Positions 46,168-55,984 are shown, counted from the first letter of the stretch. The stretch: DNA of 64,000 nt from an uncultured Rhodobacteraceae bacterium (GCA_958439195.2 CAXXOC010000026.1:339-64338); one strand, 5' to 3'. The notes: generated from the sequence alone by a model not told the origin. Numbers and translations are program-made.

Positions 46168-46698
46168 ATGACCGGTATCTCACAAAGTTGCAGCATGGTT
46201 TCCGCCACCGAACAATTCACGTCCACCGCAACTTCCGAACCCAGCCCCGCCCCGCGCCCGGCGCATATCGTGGTGTTTTGCGACCGCCCCGGTCCGCTTG
46301 ATCCGCTGTTGGACTGGCTTGCCGAAAAGGGCGCACAAATCACCCAAATGCCGCTGCGCCGCTTGCCGCTTGATTGGTTCGATGACCATGCCGAAAGCCA
46401 CGATGTCGCGCTGGTCGATGCCGATTTCCTGGGTGACGAAGGTGCCATGATCGACTTTGGCATCCGCCTACGCCGCTTTGCCCCCGGCCTGCCGGTGATC
46501 ATGGCGTCGCGCCGCGTCACCGCATCGGATTACTCTACCGAACGCATGGCGATCTGCGACGTCACCCTGCGGATGCCCGTCACCCGCGGCGATCTGCTCG
46601 AAGCACTCTCTGCCGCGCTGGAAAATCACAGCCACTGGATGGAAAAGCGCAACGAAGGCCGCCTCGCCATCGCGGGCGCGCCGCCACCCGCCGCCTGA
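46168..46698 (+). CDS. Hypothetical protein with a degenerate receiver (REC)-like domain
   Basis: The beta1-like IVVFCDRPG has CD in place of the acidic DD pair. VALVDADFLGDEG resembles an Asp-57 region and PVIMAS has a Ser at the T87 position. TLRMPV has Met where the conserved Lys-Pro is expected. The start is uncertain and there is no obvious Shine-Dalgarno. Confidence 0.5.
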   Translation: MTGISQSCSMVSATEQFTSTATSEPSPAPRPAHIVVFCDRPGPLDPLLDWLAEKGAQITQMPLRRLPLDWFDDHAESHDVALVDADFLGDEGAMIDFGIRLRRFAPGLPVIMASRRVTASDYSTERMAICDVTLRMPVTRGDLLEALSAALENHSHWMEKRNEGRLAIAGAPPPAA

Positions 46699-46752
46699 CC
46701 CGCCCCGACAAGGGAAAGGGTTGGGAAGCGGGTCACTCCCCCCGAAAACCGC

Positions 46753-47496
46753 TTACGCCAGTTGCGCCGCCACATCCTCGGGGATGTCGAAATTGTGCGT
46801 CACTTCCTGCACATCGTCATCCTCTTCCAGCATGTCGATCAACCGCAGCAGCTTGGTCGCCGTTTCCAGATCTACCTCGGTCCGCGATTGCGGCCGCCAG
46901 ACCAGCTTTGATTCCAGCGACTCCCCCAGCGCCTTTTCCAGCGCATCGGATACATCCGACAACGCCTCGACGCTGCAATAGATCCAGTGGCCTTCCTCAT
47001 CGGATTCCACATCATCCGCGCCCGCATCCAGCGCCGCCATCATCACGTCATCCGCCGACCCGACCGCGGCCGGATAGGAAATCTCGCCCACCCGGTCAAA
47101 GGAATGGCTGACCGATCCGGTCTGCCCAAGGTTCCCGCCGCATTTGGTGAAATAGGACCGCACATTGCTGGCCGTGCGGTTCAGGTTGTCGGTCATCGCC
47201 TCGACGATGATCGCAATCCCGTTCACGCCATAGCCTTCATAGCGAATCTCGGTGTAATCCGCCGCATCGCCGCCTTGCGATTTCTTGATCGCGCGCTCGA
47301 TCACGTCCTTGGGCATCGACACCGCTTTGGATGCCTTGACCGCAAGCCGCAGACGCGGGTTCTTGTCGGGATCGGGGTCGCCCATCTTTGCGGCGACGGT
47401 GATCTCCTTCGCCAGCTTGGAAAACATCTTGGACCGCAGTTTATCCTGCTTGCCCTTGCGATGCTGAATGTTCGCCCATTTGGAATGGCCTGCCAT
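46753..47496 (-). CDS. yebC: YebC/PmpR family DNA-binding transcriptional regulator
   Basis: [53 protein letters not shown] is the YebC signature. Confidence 0.95.
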   Translation of the reverse strand: MAGHSKWANIQHRKGKQDKLRSKMFSKLAKEITVAAKMGDPDPDKNPRLRLAVKASKAVSMPKDVIERAIKKSQGGDAADYTEIRYEGYGVNGIAIIVEAMTDNLNRTASNVRSYFTKCGGNLGQTGSVSHSFDRVGEISYPAAVGSADDVMMAALDAGADDVESDEEGHWIYCSVEALSDVSDALEKALGESLESKLVWRPQSRTEVDLETATKLLRLIDMLEEDDDVQEVTHNFDIPEDVAAQLA

Positions 47497-47621
47497 GACC
47501 CGTGCTCCGCTTGCCCTGTCGGGGTGCCCCGTTGGGCGGCCCGGTCGGGATGCCCATTTCGGATGATGGCGTCCTATACACAACCCAGGCAGGGAACGGC
47601 AACCCCGCCCGCCCGATCAGA

Positions 47622-47996
47622 TCAATCGCCCGATCCGTCCCGCTCTGGCGGGGGCGAAGTAAAAGTCCAGCTTTCCACCCCATCCGTGATCTCGACCTGT
47701 GCCATCGGCGCGACCAGCCCCTGCGCCCCCAACACCCCGGTCAACCCCGTCCACAATTGACGCAGCAGGTTGGGCCGATCCACCACTGTCACCCGGTAAT
47801 CATACCCCGGCCCGCACGGCTCCAGCCGCCCCATTCCGCCCGCAGCCGCCCAATCCGCCCGGCACAGCGTCCCATCGCTCAGGTTCACCGTCAGCACTTC
47901 GGATGACAGCCGCGCCGCCTGTGGCTCCACCCGGCCGCCCTGCATCACACAGCCCGCCAGTCCCGCAACACCCGCCACCACCCACAGCTTGCGCAT
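47622..47996 (-). CDS. Hypothetical lipoprotein
   Basis: MRKLWVVAGVAGLAGC is a signal peptide plus lipobox. 124 aa with no recognised domain. Confidence 0.6.
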   Translation of the reverse strand: MRKLWVVAGVAGLAGCVMQGGRVEPQAARLSSEVLTVNLSDGTLCRADWAAAGGMGRLEPCGPGYDYRVTVVDRPNLLRQLWTGLTGVLGAQGLVAPMAQVEITDGVESWTFTSPPPERDGSGD

Positions 47997-48007
47997 CCCG
48001 TCTCTCC

Positions 48008-49786
48008 CTAAAGCGGCCAGATCACCGGGATCAGGGCAGATGCCACCAGTCCCGTGATGATGTTCAACGGGATACCCACCCGCATGTAATCCGAAAACCG
48101 GTATCCACCGGGGCCATAAACCATCATGTTGGTTTGATACCCCACCGGCGTGGCAAAGGCGACCGACGCGGAAAACATCACCGCCACCACAAAGGGCCGT
48201 GGGTCCACCCCCAACGACTGCGCCAACTGAATGACAATCGGGGTATAGATCACCGCCACCGCGTTATTCGACAGAAACTCCGTCAACGCGAGGCCAAGGA
48301 AATAGACACACAGGATCATCACAAACGGCGTCATCTCGGCCATATAGGGCGATACCGCCCCCACGATCATCGCCACTGCGCCGGAATGTTCCAACCCCTG
48401 CCCGACGGCCAGCATGGCAAAAATCATTGCCATCAACCGCCCATCAACAAAGGAAAACGCCTCCTCCGCATCCACGCAGCGCGTGATCAACATCACCGCC
48501 ACCGCCAGCACCCCCAGCGCAAGGATCGGCGCCAGATCAAAGGCCGACAGCACCACGATCCCCGCCAGCGCGGCAATCGCAATCGGGGCCTTGCTGCGCC
48601 GGAACGGCTTGATCGACGGGCGGCTGATATCCACCAGATCCATATCCGCCGCCAACCGCTGAATATCCTCGACCGCACCCTCCAGCAGCAGCGTATCGCC
48701 CACCCGCACCGTCAGATCATCCAACTGCCGCCCGATGTTCTGGTTCCGCCGATGCGCCGCCAGCACATAAACCCCATACCGCCGCCGCAACCGCAATTCG
48801 CCCAGCCGCCGCCCCTCCATCCGGCAACCGGGGGAAATCAGCACCTCCACCGTCTCGGTCCGGGTCGATGACAGCTTGTCCACCAGATGCAGATCCTTGC
48901 GCGTCTGCAATCCCAGCAATTCCGTCATCTCGGTCCGCAGAACCACCCGGTCCCCGGCCTCCAGCACCACCGGCGCCAGTTCCCGCCGCAGCGACGCATC
49001 GCCGCGCAGCACGTCGATCAACCGCACGCCATCACGCTTGAACAGGTCAATATCCAGCACCGCCTGCCCGATCAGCGGGCTGTCCTCAGGGATCGCCACT
49101 TCGGTAAAATACTTCATCTTGCGCCGGTCGCTCAGCAACACGCCCATCGATTGCCGCACCGGCAGCAACCGGTCCGCCGTCAGCGCCAGAAACGCCCCAC
49201 CCACCAGCAGGACCGCAATCCCCAGCGGCATGATCTCGAATATCGAAAAATGCTCTAGCCCGGCCTTCGCTGCCACCCCGTCAACCAACAGGTTGGTCGA
49301 TGTCCCGATCAACGTCAGCATCCCGCCCATCACCGTGATATAGGACAGCGGGATCAGCAACTTTGACGGCGCCGTCCCCATCCGCACCGCCATCTGCATC
49401 ACCACCGGGATCATCACCGCCACCAGCGGCGTGTTGTTCATGAAGGCCGACGCCACGGCAATCACCGCAAACAGCACCACGATGGTCCGCTTCGGACGGT
49501 CGCTGACATGCCGCTCGGCGGTGCGCACCACCATATCCACCGCGCCGGTCCGCACCAGCCCGCCCATCACCAGAAACATCAACACGATGGTCCAGGGCGC
49601 GGCGTTCGACAGAACCGAAATCCCGTCCGCCACCGGCAAAATCCCCAGCATCAACATCAGCGCCGCCCCGCCCAGCGCCGTCACCTCAACCGGATAGACC
49701 TCGCGCACGAACAGCACGAACATCGCCACCATGATGGCAATCGCCACCCAGGGCTGCACCTCCGCCGCCAGTTCAAATCCGAACAT
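48008..49786 (-). CDS. SLC13/DASS-family permease with two internal TrkA-C (RCK_C) domains
   Basis: Hydrophobic N- and C-terminal halves flank two soluble repeats (...IPEDSPLIGQAVLDIDLFKRDGVRLIDVLRG... and ...SPGCRMEGRRLGELRLRRRYGVYVLAAHRR...). Start chosen at MFGFELAAE. Confidence 0.85.
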   Translation of the reverse strand: MFGFELAAEVQPWVAIAIMVAMFVLFVREVYPVEVTALGGAALMLMLGILPVADGISVLSNAAPWTIVLMFLVMGGLVRTGAVDMVVRTAERHVSDRPKRTIVVLFAVIAVASAFMNNTPLVAVMIPVVMQMAVRMGTAPSKLLIPLSYITVMGGMLTLIGTSTNLLVDGVAAKAGLEHFSIFEIMPLGIAVLLVGGAFLALTADRLLPVRQSMGVLLSDRRKMKYFTEVAIPEDSPLIGQAVLDIDLFKRDGVRLIDVLRGDASLRRELAPVVLEAGDRVVLRTEMTELLGLQTRKDLHLVDKLSSTRTETVEVLISPGCRMEGRRLGELRLRRRYGVYVLAAHRRNQNIGRQLDDLTVRVGDTLLLEGAVEDIQRLAADMDLVDISRPSIKPFRRSKAPIAIAALAGIVVLSAFDLAPILALGVLAVAVMLITRCVDAEEAFSFVDGRLMAMIFAMLAVGQGLEHSGAVAMIVGAVSPYMAEMTPFVMILCVYFLGLALTEFLSNNAVAVIYTPIVIQLAQSLGVDPRPFVVAVMFSASVAFATPVGYQTNMMVYGPGGYRFSDYMRVGIPLNIITGLVASALIPVIWPL

Positions 49787-49816
49787 CCCGTCCCCTCGCA
49801 CCATATCCACAGCGCG

Positions 49817-50752
49817 TCAGGCGGCGGGCATCCCCCCCGGTGCCGCCTGCTTGCGCGGGCTGACCAATGCCACACCGCACAGAAGCAAAACAAGCGAAAG
49901 CCATAGGACCGGGGAAAATCTTTCCCCCAAAATGACCATCGCCCAGAAAATCCCCGCCCCGGTGACGATATAGGAACATTGCGCCGCAAACACCGCCCCC
50001 GCCCGAAACGCCAGCCAGACATAGGCCGCATAGATCACCGCATGGATCATCGAAGATCCCACCAGCGCCGCCTCGGCCCGCCCGAAATCGGCGAACGGGT
50101 CAAAGAACTGCCCCGTCATCACCGCCACCGGCAAGCACAGCACCATCCCCGTGACCGATGCCCCGAACATCGCCTGCACCGGGTCCATCCCCGCCATGCC
50201 CTTGCGCGCCACAAACAGCCCCTCCAGCGCATAGCAGAACGGACCCACCAACGCGATCGGCAGGAATGCCACCATCGCCGGATCGGGCAGCGCCGCCCCC
50301 GGCGCCGCCAGCAGCGCCACCGCCACCAATCCCAAAACCAACCCCGCCAGCCGCGCCCAACCGAACCGCTCCATCCCCAACATCAGCGCAAGGGGAAAGG
50401 CGATCATCGGCACCGCGGAAATCAGCATCGACATCACCCCCGACGGCAACCGCGCGATCGACAGGTAAAAGGTCGCATTCGGGATCAACGTCCCCAGCAA
50501 CGCCACCACCAGATAGAACCGCAGCGTGGCCTTCGTGAACACCAACCCCCGCCCCCGCGGCAGCGTGATGGCCCCAAGCACGGCAACACAGACCACCAAC
50601 TGCCAAAAGATCAACCCGAACGGCAGATGCCCGGTCGACGTGGAAATCTTGCCCAAAGGCTGCGTCAACCCCCAGCCCAGCCCCAACATCAGCAGCACAG
50701 CCACCAGAAACCACCGCCGCCCCGCCATCGGCACCACCGCCGCGGTGGTCAC
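49817..50752 (-). CDS. DMT superfamily (EamA-like) transporter
   Basis: 10-TM-like profile with EamA-type repeats. 4-nt overlap with the upstream ymdB-like gene. Confidence 0.8.
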   Translation of the reverse strand: MTTAAVVPMAGRRWFLVAVLLMLGLGWGLTQPLGKISTSTGHLPFGLIFWQLVVCVAVLGAITLPRGRGLVFTKATLRFYLVVALLGTLIPNATFYLSIARLPSGVMSMLISAVPMIAFPLALMLGMERFGWARLAGLVLGLVAVALLAAPGAALPDPAMVAFLPIALVGPFCYALEGLFVARKGMAGMDPVQAMFGASVTGMVLCLPVAVMTGQFFDPFADFGRAEAALVGSSMIHAVIYAAYVWLAFRAGAVFAAQCSYIVTGAGIFWAMVILGERFSPVLWLSLVLLLCGVALVSPRKQAAPGGMPAA

Positions 50753-51561
50753 GGCGCGCTCTCCTGCAACCGCCCGCCCACCCGCACCGGCACCACGCGG
50801 TTCGCGCGCCCCGTCCGGTCATCGGTTTCCACGAACACGCCCGACAGCGTGGCCTCGCCCATCGCCGGCTCGAACCGCCCCTTCGCCATGCCCGTCACGA
50901 ACCGGCGCAGCGGCTCCAGCTTTTCCATCCCGATCACGCTGTCATAATCGCCGCACATCCCGGCATCCGACAGATAGGCCGTCCCACCCTTCAGGATCAT
51001 CGCATCCGCCGTCGGCACATGGGTATGCGTCCCCACCACCAGCGAGGCCTGCCCGTCGCACCAATGCCCCATCCCCATCTTCTCGGAGGTCGCCTCACAA
51101 TGCACATCGACAATCGCCGCCTGCACCATGCCGCCCATCGGATGCGCCTTCAGCACCGCTTCGATGGCCGAAAACGGGTCATCAAAGGGCCGCTTCATGA
51201 ACACCTGCCCCAACACCTGCGCCACCAGAACCTTGCGCCCCTGCGTCGCGGTGAACACCCGCCACCCCTTGCCGGGGGCCATCTTTGAAAAATTGATCGG
51301 CCGGATGATGCGCGGTTCCGTCTCGATGAAACTCAGCATGTCCTTCTGGTCAAAGGCATGATCGCCCAGCGTGATGCAATCTGCCCCCGCCGCCAGAATC
51401 CCCTTGGCATGTTCCGGCGTCAGCCCCGCCCCGCTTGAGGCATTCTCGCCATTCACCACCACGAAATCGAGGTGCCACGCCTCGCGCAGCCCCGGCAGCC
51501 GCGCCGCCACCGCCGCACGCCCCGCCCGCCCCATCACATCGCCCAGAAAAAGGATACGCAT
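50749..51561 (-). CDS. ymdB: YmdB-like metallophosphoesterase (TIGR00282 family, 2',3'-cyclic-nucleotide phosphodiesterase)
   Basis: MRILFLGDVMGRAGRAAV...DFVVVNGENASSGAGLTPEHAKGILAAGADCITLGDHAFD...VGTHTHVPTAD. Confidence 0.88.
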   Translation of the reverse strand: MRILFLGDVMGRAGRAAVAARLPGLREAWHLDFVVVNGENASSGAGLTPEHAKGILAAGADCITLGDHAFDQKDMLSFIETEPRIIRPINFSKMAPGKGWRVFTATQGRKVLVAQVLGQVFMKRPFDDPFSAIEAVLKAHPMGGMVQAAIVDVHCEATSEKMGMGHWCDGQASLVVGTHTHVPTADAMILKGGTAYLSDAGMCGDYDSVIGMEKLEPLRRFVTGMAKGRFEPAMGEATLSGVFVETDDRTGRANRVVPVRVGGRLQESAP

Positions 51562-51996
51562 CCCTTCGCCCTACGCCGCGCCACGGGAAACGGCAATCCC
51601 GTTCCCGACCCCACCCCGTCGCAAACCAAACCCGCCCGCAAACAAAGCCCGCCCGCAAACCAAACTCGGCCACCAACATCCCCGCGCACCCACCAACATC
51701 CCAGCGCACGACCCACCTCAATCCACAAACCAAACCCTGCCCATTCACCTTGGCCCAAATACCCAACTCCACCCTCCCCACCCCGCGCACCTGTCAACAA
51801 AGCCGCACAGTCAGCCCTCCCCGCCCCTGCGCGTGGACGCACCATCTCTCCCTAAAACCCCTTCCAGTCTCTCCAGATTTGTATGCACGCCCGTCTGCAC
51901 TGCGCGTCTGCACCAGCCGCTGCACAGCCCCTTTCCCCCAACCCCCTGAAACAAAAGCCCCTTCCCCCCACCCCGAACCCGCCCTACCTTCCCGGT
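51562..51996. other. 435-bp strongly C/A-skewed low-complexity divergent spacer (G-rich on minus strand)
   Basis: The plus strand is almost devoid of G and T runs. Degenerate direct repeats are present: CCCGCCCGCAAAC x2 (~51631, ~51648) and CACCAACATCCC(C/A)GCGCAC x2 (~51671, ~51691). There are multiple C3-6 tracts, for example CCCGTTCCCGACCCCACCCC at ~51598-51617. Confidence 0.8.
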
Positions 51997-54390
51997 ATGA
52001 CCCTTCCCCAACCCCTCACCGACTGGTTCTCCGCCAAGGGCTGGACACTTCATGCGCACCAACAGGCCATGCTGGCCCGCGCCAAAGACCCCGCCACTCT
52101 CCTCATCGCCCCCACCGGCGGCGGCAAGACGCTGGCCGGGTTCCTGCCCACCCTGGCTGAACTTGGCACCACCCCGCCCCCCGGCCTCCACACGCTCTAC
52201 ATCTCGCCGCTCAAGGCGCTCACCGCCGACATCCGCCGCAACCTGCGCACCCCGGTCGAAGGCGCGGGCCTGCCCATCCGCGTCGAAGATCGCACCGGCG
52301 ACACCACCTACACCCAGCGCCGCCGCCAACGCGCCGACCCGCCGCACATCCTGCTCACCACACCCGAAAGCCTTGCGCTCCTGCTGTCCTACGAAGACGC
52401 GCCCCGCATTTTCCAATCCCTCCAACGGGTTGTGATCGACGAACTGCACGCGCTGGCCGAATCCAAACGCGGCGACCAACTCATGCTGCTGCTGTCACGC
52501 CTCGAATCCCTCAGCCCAAACCTGCGCCGCGTCGGCCTCTCCGCCACCGTCGAAGACCCGCCCGCCCTCGCCCGCTTCCTCGCGCCACAAGCCTGCAACA
52601 TCCTGCAAGCCGATCCCGGCCCCGACCCCGACATCGCCATGCTGGAAACCGATGATCCCCCACCTTGGAGCGGCGGTGGCGGCCGCTACGCGATGCGCGC
52701 CATCCTCGATCAGGTCCGCCGCCACCGCACCACGCTCATCTTCCACAACACCCGCGCGCAGGCGGAACTCTTTTTCCATGACCTCTGGCTACAGAACGAC
52801 GAAGGGCTTCCCATCGGCATCCATCACGGCTCCCTCGCCCGCGAACAACGCGAACGGGTCGAAACCGCGATGGTCGAAGGCAAACTCCGCGCCATCGTCT
52901 GCACTGGTTCCCTCGACCTCGGCATCGACTGGGGTGATGTGGACCTCGTGATCCAGGTGGGCGCCCCCAAGAACGTCAAACGACTGGTGCAAAGGATCGG
53001 CCGTGCCAACCACCGCTACAACGCCCCCTCCAAGGCGCTCATCCTGCCCGCCAACCGGTTCGAGGTGGTCGAATGCCGCGCCGCGCTGGATGCCGTCCGC
53101 GATCACACGCTGGATGGCGAACCGCGCGGCCCCGGCCCGCGCGACGTGCTGTGCCAGCACATCCTGCTTACCGCCGCCGCTGGCCCGTTTTGTGCCGATG
53201 CCCTTTACGGCGAAGTCACCCGCGCCGGCCCCTATGCCGCCCTCACCCGCCCCGAATTCGACGCCTGCCTCGATTTCTGCGCCACCGGCGGCTACGCCCT
53301 GCGCGCCTATGACAAGTGGCAGAGATTGCAGGAAAAAAGCGGCAAATGGCAGCTCCGCGATCCCCGCACTGCTGCCATAATCCGCCAGAACCTTGGCACC
53401 ATCATCGACACCGAAACCCTTAAGGTCCGGTTAAGAAATCGCCTCGGCGGCACCCCCTTGGGCGAGGTGGAAGAAGGCTTCGCCTCCACCCTCACCCCCG
53501 GCGACACCTTCCTTATCGGCGGTCAGGTCGTCCGCTATGAAGGGCTAAAGGAAATGACGGTCGAGGTGTCCCGCCAACCCGGCCGCGACCCGAAAGTCGC
53601 CACCTTCAACGGCACCAAATTCGCCACCTCCACCCTGCTGACCGAACGGATTCTGGCCATTTTCCAACAGGAAAGCTGGCCCGATCTGCCCACCCACACC
53701 GCCCGCTGGCTAGCCCTGCAACGCGACGTGTCACGCCTTCCCAGCCCTGACCGCCTGCTGGTGGAATCCTTCCCCCATGACGGGCGCGAACACCTTTGCA
53801 TCTACGGTTTCGCAGGCCGCAACGCCATGCAGACGCTGGCCCTTCTGGTGACAAAAGTCATGGAAGAACAGGGTCTTGCCCCGTTGGGTTTCGTTGCCAC
53901 CGATTACGCCACCCTGATCTGGGGTCTTGACCCCGTCACCGACGCCGCCCCCCTGTTCGACCTGGCACGCTTGCGCGATGGCTTGGAAACCTGGCTTGCC
54001 GGAAACGCCGTGATGAAACGCACCTTCCGCGCCAGCGCCATCATCGCGGGCCTCATCGAACGCAGCCACCAAGGCCGCCGCAAGTCGGGCCGTCAGGCCA
54101 CCTTCTCCTCCGACATCCTCTATGACACGCTGCGCAAATACGACCCCGACCACCTCCTGTTGCAGGTCACGCGGGAAGAGGCCGAACGCGGCCTCGTCGA
54201 CTTCGCCCGCATCGAAGACATGCTCGCCCGCGTCGCAGGCCGGATCGACCTGATCCGCCTGCCCCGCGTCACCCCCCTTGCCGCGCCGCTGTTTCTGGAA
54301 CCGAACAAGATCCCTGTCCACGGCACCGGGCGCGACCGCATGGTCGAAGAGGCCGCCCGCAAACTGATGGAAGAGGCGGGCCTCGCCTGA
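51997..54390 (+). CDS. Ligase-associated DNA damage response DEXH-box helicase (Lhr-like)
   Basis: Start MTLPQPLTDWF. Helicase motifs LIAPTGGGKTLAGF (I) and VVIDELHAL (II, DExH). C-terminal Lhr-associated domain, followed directly by pdeM. Confidence 0.9.
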   Translation: MTLPQPLTDWFSAKGWTLHAHQQAMLARAKDPATLLIAPTGGGKTLAGFLPTLAELGTTPPPGLHTLYISPLKALTADIRRNLRTPVEGAGLPIRVEDRTGDTTYTQRRRQRADPPHILLTTPESLALLLSYEDAPRIFQSLQRVVIDELHALAESKRGDQLMLLLSRLESLSPNLRRVGLSATVEDPPALARFLAPQACNILQADPGPDPDIAMLETDDPPPWSGGGGRYAMRAILDQVRRHRTTLIFHNTRAQAELFFHDLWLQNDEGLPIGIHHGSLAREQRERVETAMVEGKLRAIVCTGSLDLGIDWGDVDLVIQVGAPKNVKRLVQRIGRANHRYNAPSKALILPANRFEVVECRAALDAVRDHTLDGEPRGPGPRDVLCQHILLTAAAGPFCADALYGEVTRAGPYAALTRPEFDACLDFCATGGYALRAYDKWQRLQEKSGKWQLRDPRTAAIIRQNLGTIIDTETLKVRLRNRLGGTPLGEVEEGFASTLTPGDTFLIGGQVVRYEGLKEMTVEVSRQPGRDPKVATFNGTKFATSTLLTERILAIFQQESWPDLPTHTARWLALQRDVSRLPSPDRLLVESFPHDGREHLCIYGFAGRNAMQTLALLVTKVMEEQGLAPLGFVATDYATLIWGLDPVTDAAPLFDLARLRDGLETWLAGNAVMKRTFRASAIIAGLIERSHQGRRKSGRQATFSSDILYDTLRKYDPDHLLLQVTREEAERGLVDFARIEDMLARVAGRIDLIRLPRVTPLAAPLFLEPNKIPVHGTGRDRMVEEAARKLMEEAGLA

Positions 54391-54395
54391 CCGGC

Positions 54396-55073
54396 TTGCA
54401 ACGCGCCGTCGCGCAAGGCAATCCTCGCCCCATGCACCACGCCTTCACCCTTGCCGATGAAACCCTCCACGCCCTGCCCTCCGGCGCGCTCTACTGGCCC
54501 GCGCAGCGGCTTCTTTGTGTCTCTGACCTGCATCTTGGCAAATCCGAACGCCTCGCCCGTCGCGGCGGCGCCCTGCTGCCGCCCTATGAAACGCGCGAAA
54601 CCCTGTCGAAACTGGATGCAGACATCGACCGCACCCAACCCGCCCATGTCGTCTGCCTTGGCGACAGCTTTGACGATCTCGCCGCCGCCGAAGGGCTAGA
54701 GGATACCGCCCGCCTCTGGCTCGCCCGCCTGATGGCGGGGCGGGAATGGACATGGATCGAAGGCAATCACGATGCAGGCCCGGTGGACCTTGGCGGCACG
54801 CATCTGGCCCGCCTGACGCTGGGGTCGCTCACCTTTCGCCACATCGCAGACCCGGCAGAAAGCGACGAAATTTCAGGCCATTACCACCCAAAGACCCGCA
54901 TCAAGGGCAGCTCGCGCCCTTGCTTTCTGCTGGATGCACATCGCCTGATCCTGCCCGCCTACGGCACCTATACCGGCGGACTGCGCAGCGAAGACGCTGC
55001 CCTTCGCGCCCTCATGCAAAAGGGCGCGCTGGCCATCCTCACCGGCCACCGCGCCCTTCCTGTTCCGCTCTAG
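54396..55073 (+). CDS. pdeM: Ligase-associated DNA damage response endonuclease/phosphoesterase PdeM
   Basis: LLCVSDLHLGKSERLARRGGALLPPYETRETL...VVCLGDSFDD...WIEGNHD is the calcineurin-like metallophosphoesterase of the PdeM family. An alternative start is at 54432. Confidence 0.88.
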   Translation: MQRAVAQGNPRPMHHAFTLADETLHALPSGALYWPAQRLLCVSDLHLGKSERLARRGGALLPPYETRETLSKLDADIDRTQPAHVVCLGDSFDDLAAAEGLEDTARLWLARLMAGREWTWIEGNHDAGPVDLGGTHLARLTLGSLTFRHIADPAESDEISGHYHPKTRIKGSSRPCFLLDAHRLILPAYGTYTGGLRSEDAALRALMQKGALAILTGHRALPVPL

Positions 55074-55093
55074 GCGGGGTTTGCCGCCACGCC

Positions 55094-55984
55094 TCAGGCC
55101 GTCAAACCCTCCGGCTCCGGCAACCCATTCGCCCGGCAGCACGCCGTCAGCGTATTGGCCAGCAGGCAGGCAATCGTCATCGGCCCCACGCCACCCGGCA
55201 CCGGGGTAATCGCCCCCGCCACAGCGGCGGCGCTGGCGTAATGCACATCACCCACCAGCTTGGCCTTGCCGTTCCGTTCAATCCGGTTGATGCCCACGTC
55301 AATCACCGTGGCCCCCGGCCGCACCATATCGCCGGTAATCATCTCGGGCCGCCCCACAGCCGCCACCAGAATATCCGCCCCCCGGCACACCGCCGCCAGA
55401 TCCTTGGTCCGGCTATGGGCAATCGTCACCGTGCAACTGTCGCCCAACAACAACTGCGCCATCGGCTTGCCCACGATGTTCGACCGTCCCACGACAACAG
55501 CATTCAGCCCCGCCAGCGACCCGTGATGATCCCGCAGCATCATCAAACAGCCAAGCGGCGTGCAGGGCACCATCGACTTCTGCCCCGTCCCCAACAGCCC
55601 CACGTTCGAGATGTGGAACCCATCCACATCCTTGGCCGGATCAATCCGATTGATCACCAATTCACTGTTCAAATGACCCGGCAGCGGCAATTGCACCAAT
55701 ATGCCATGCACCGCAGGATCGGCATTCAGTCGGTCGATCAGCGCCAGCAATTCCGCCTCGCCCGTATCGGCAGGCAGGCGATGCTCAAAACTTTCCATCC
55801 CCACTTCGATGGTGGAGGCGTGCTTGTTGCGCACATAAACCTGACTGGCCGGGTCTTGGCCCACCAGAACAACCGCCAGCCCCGGCGTGATCCCTTGCTC
55901 TTCCTTCAACCGCGCCACATGTGCCGCAACTTGGCCCCGCACCGATGCCGCAAAGGCCTTGCCGTCAATCACCACTGCCGTCAT
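55094..55984 (-). CDS. folD: Bifunctional methylenetetrahydrofolate dehydrogenase/methenyl-THF cyclohydrolase
   Basis: [18 protein letters not shown]...[21 protein letters not shown]...GILVQLPLP...[18 protein letters not shown]...[10 protein letters not shown]. Confidence 0.95.
   Translation of the reverse strand: MTAVVIDGKAFAASVRGQVAAHVARLKEEQGITPGLAVVLVGQDPASQVYVRNKHASTIEVGMESFEHRLPADTGEAELLALIDRLNADPAVHGILVQLPLPGHLNSELVINRIDPAKDVDGFHISNVGLLGTGQKSMVPCTPLGCLMMLRDHHGSLAGLNAVVVGRSNIVGKPMAQLLLGDSCTVTIAHSRTKDLAAVCRGADILVAAVGRPEMITGDMVRPGATVIDVGINRIERNGKAKLVGDVHYASAAAVAGAITPVPGGVGPMTIACLLANTLTACCRANGLPEPEGLTA

Noticed and set aside
47936-47943. Apparent extra C in a C-run that would frameshift the lipoprotein gene 47622..47996 when I walked the codons by eye.
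   Set aside because: Both the plus- and minus-strand track ORFs read through this point consistently with one fewer C. I attribute this to my own miscount of a homopolymer. It is the reason I state a 1-2 nt uncertainty on hand-derived coordinates.
51371-52160. Three overlapping Pro/Thr/His-rich ORFs (51371..51949, 51435..52160, 51472..51855) across the ymdB/helicase spacer.
   Set aside because: All three plus-strand frames are open only because the strand lacks G and T, so few stop codons occur. The sequence is low-complexity and not protein-like.
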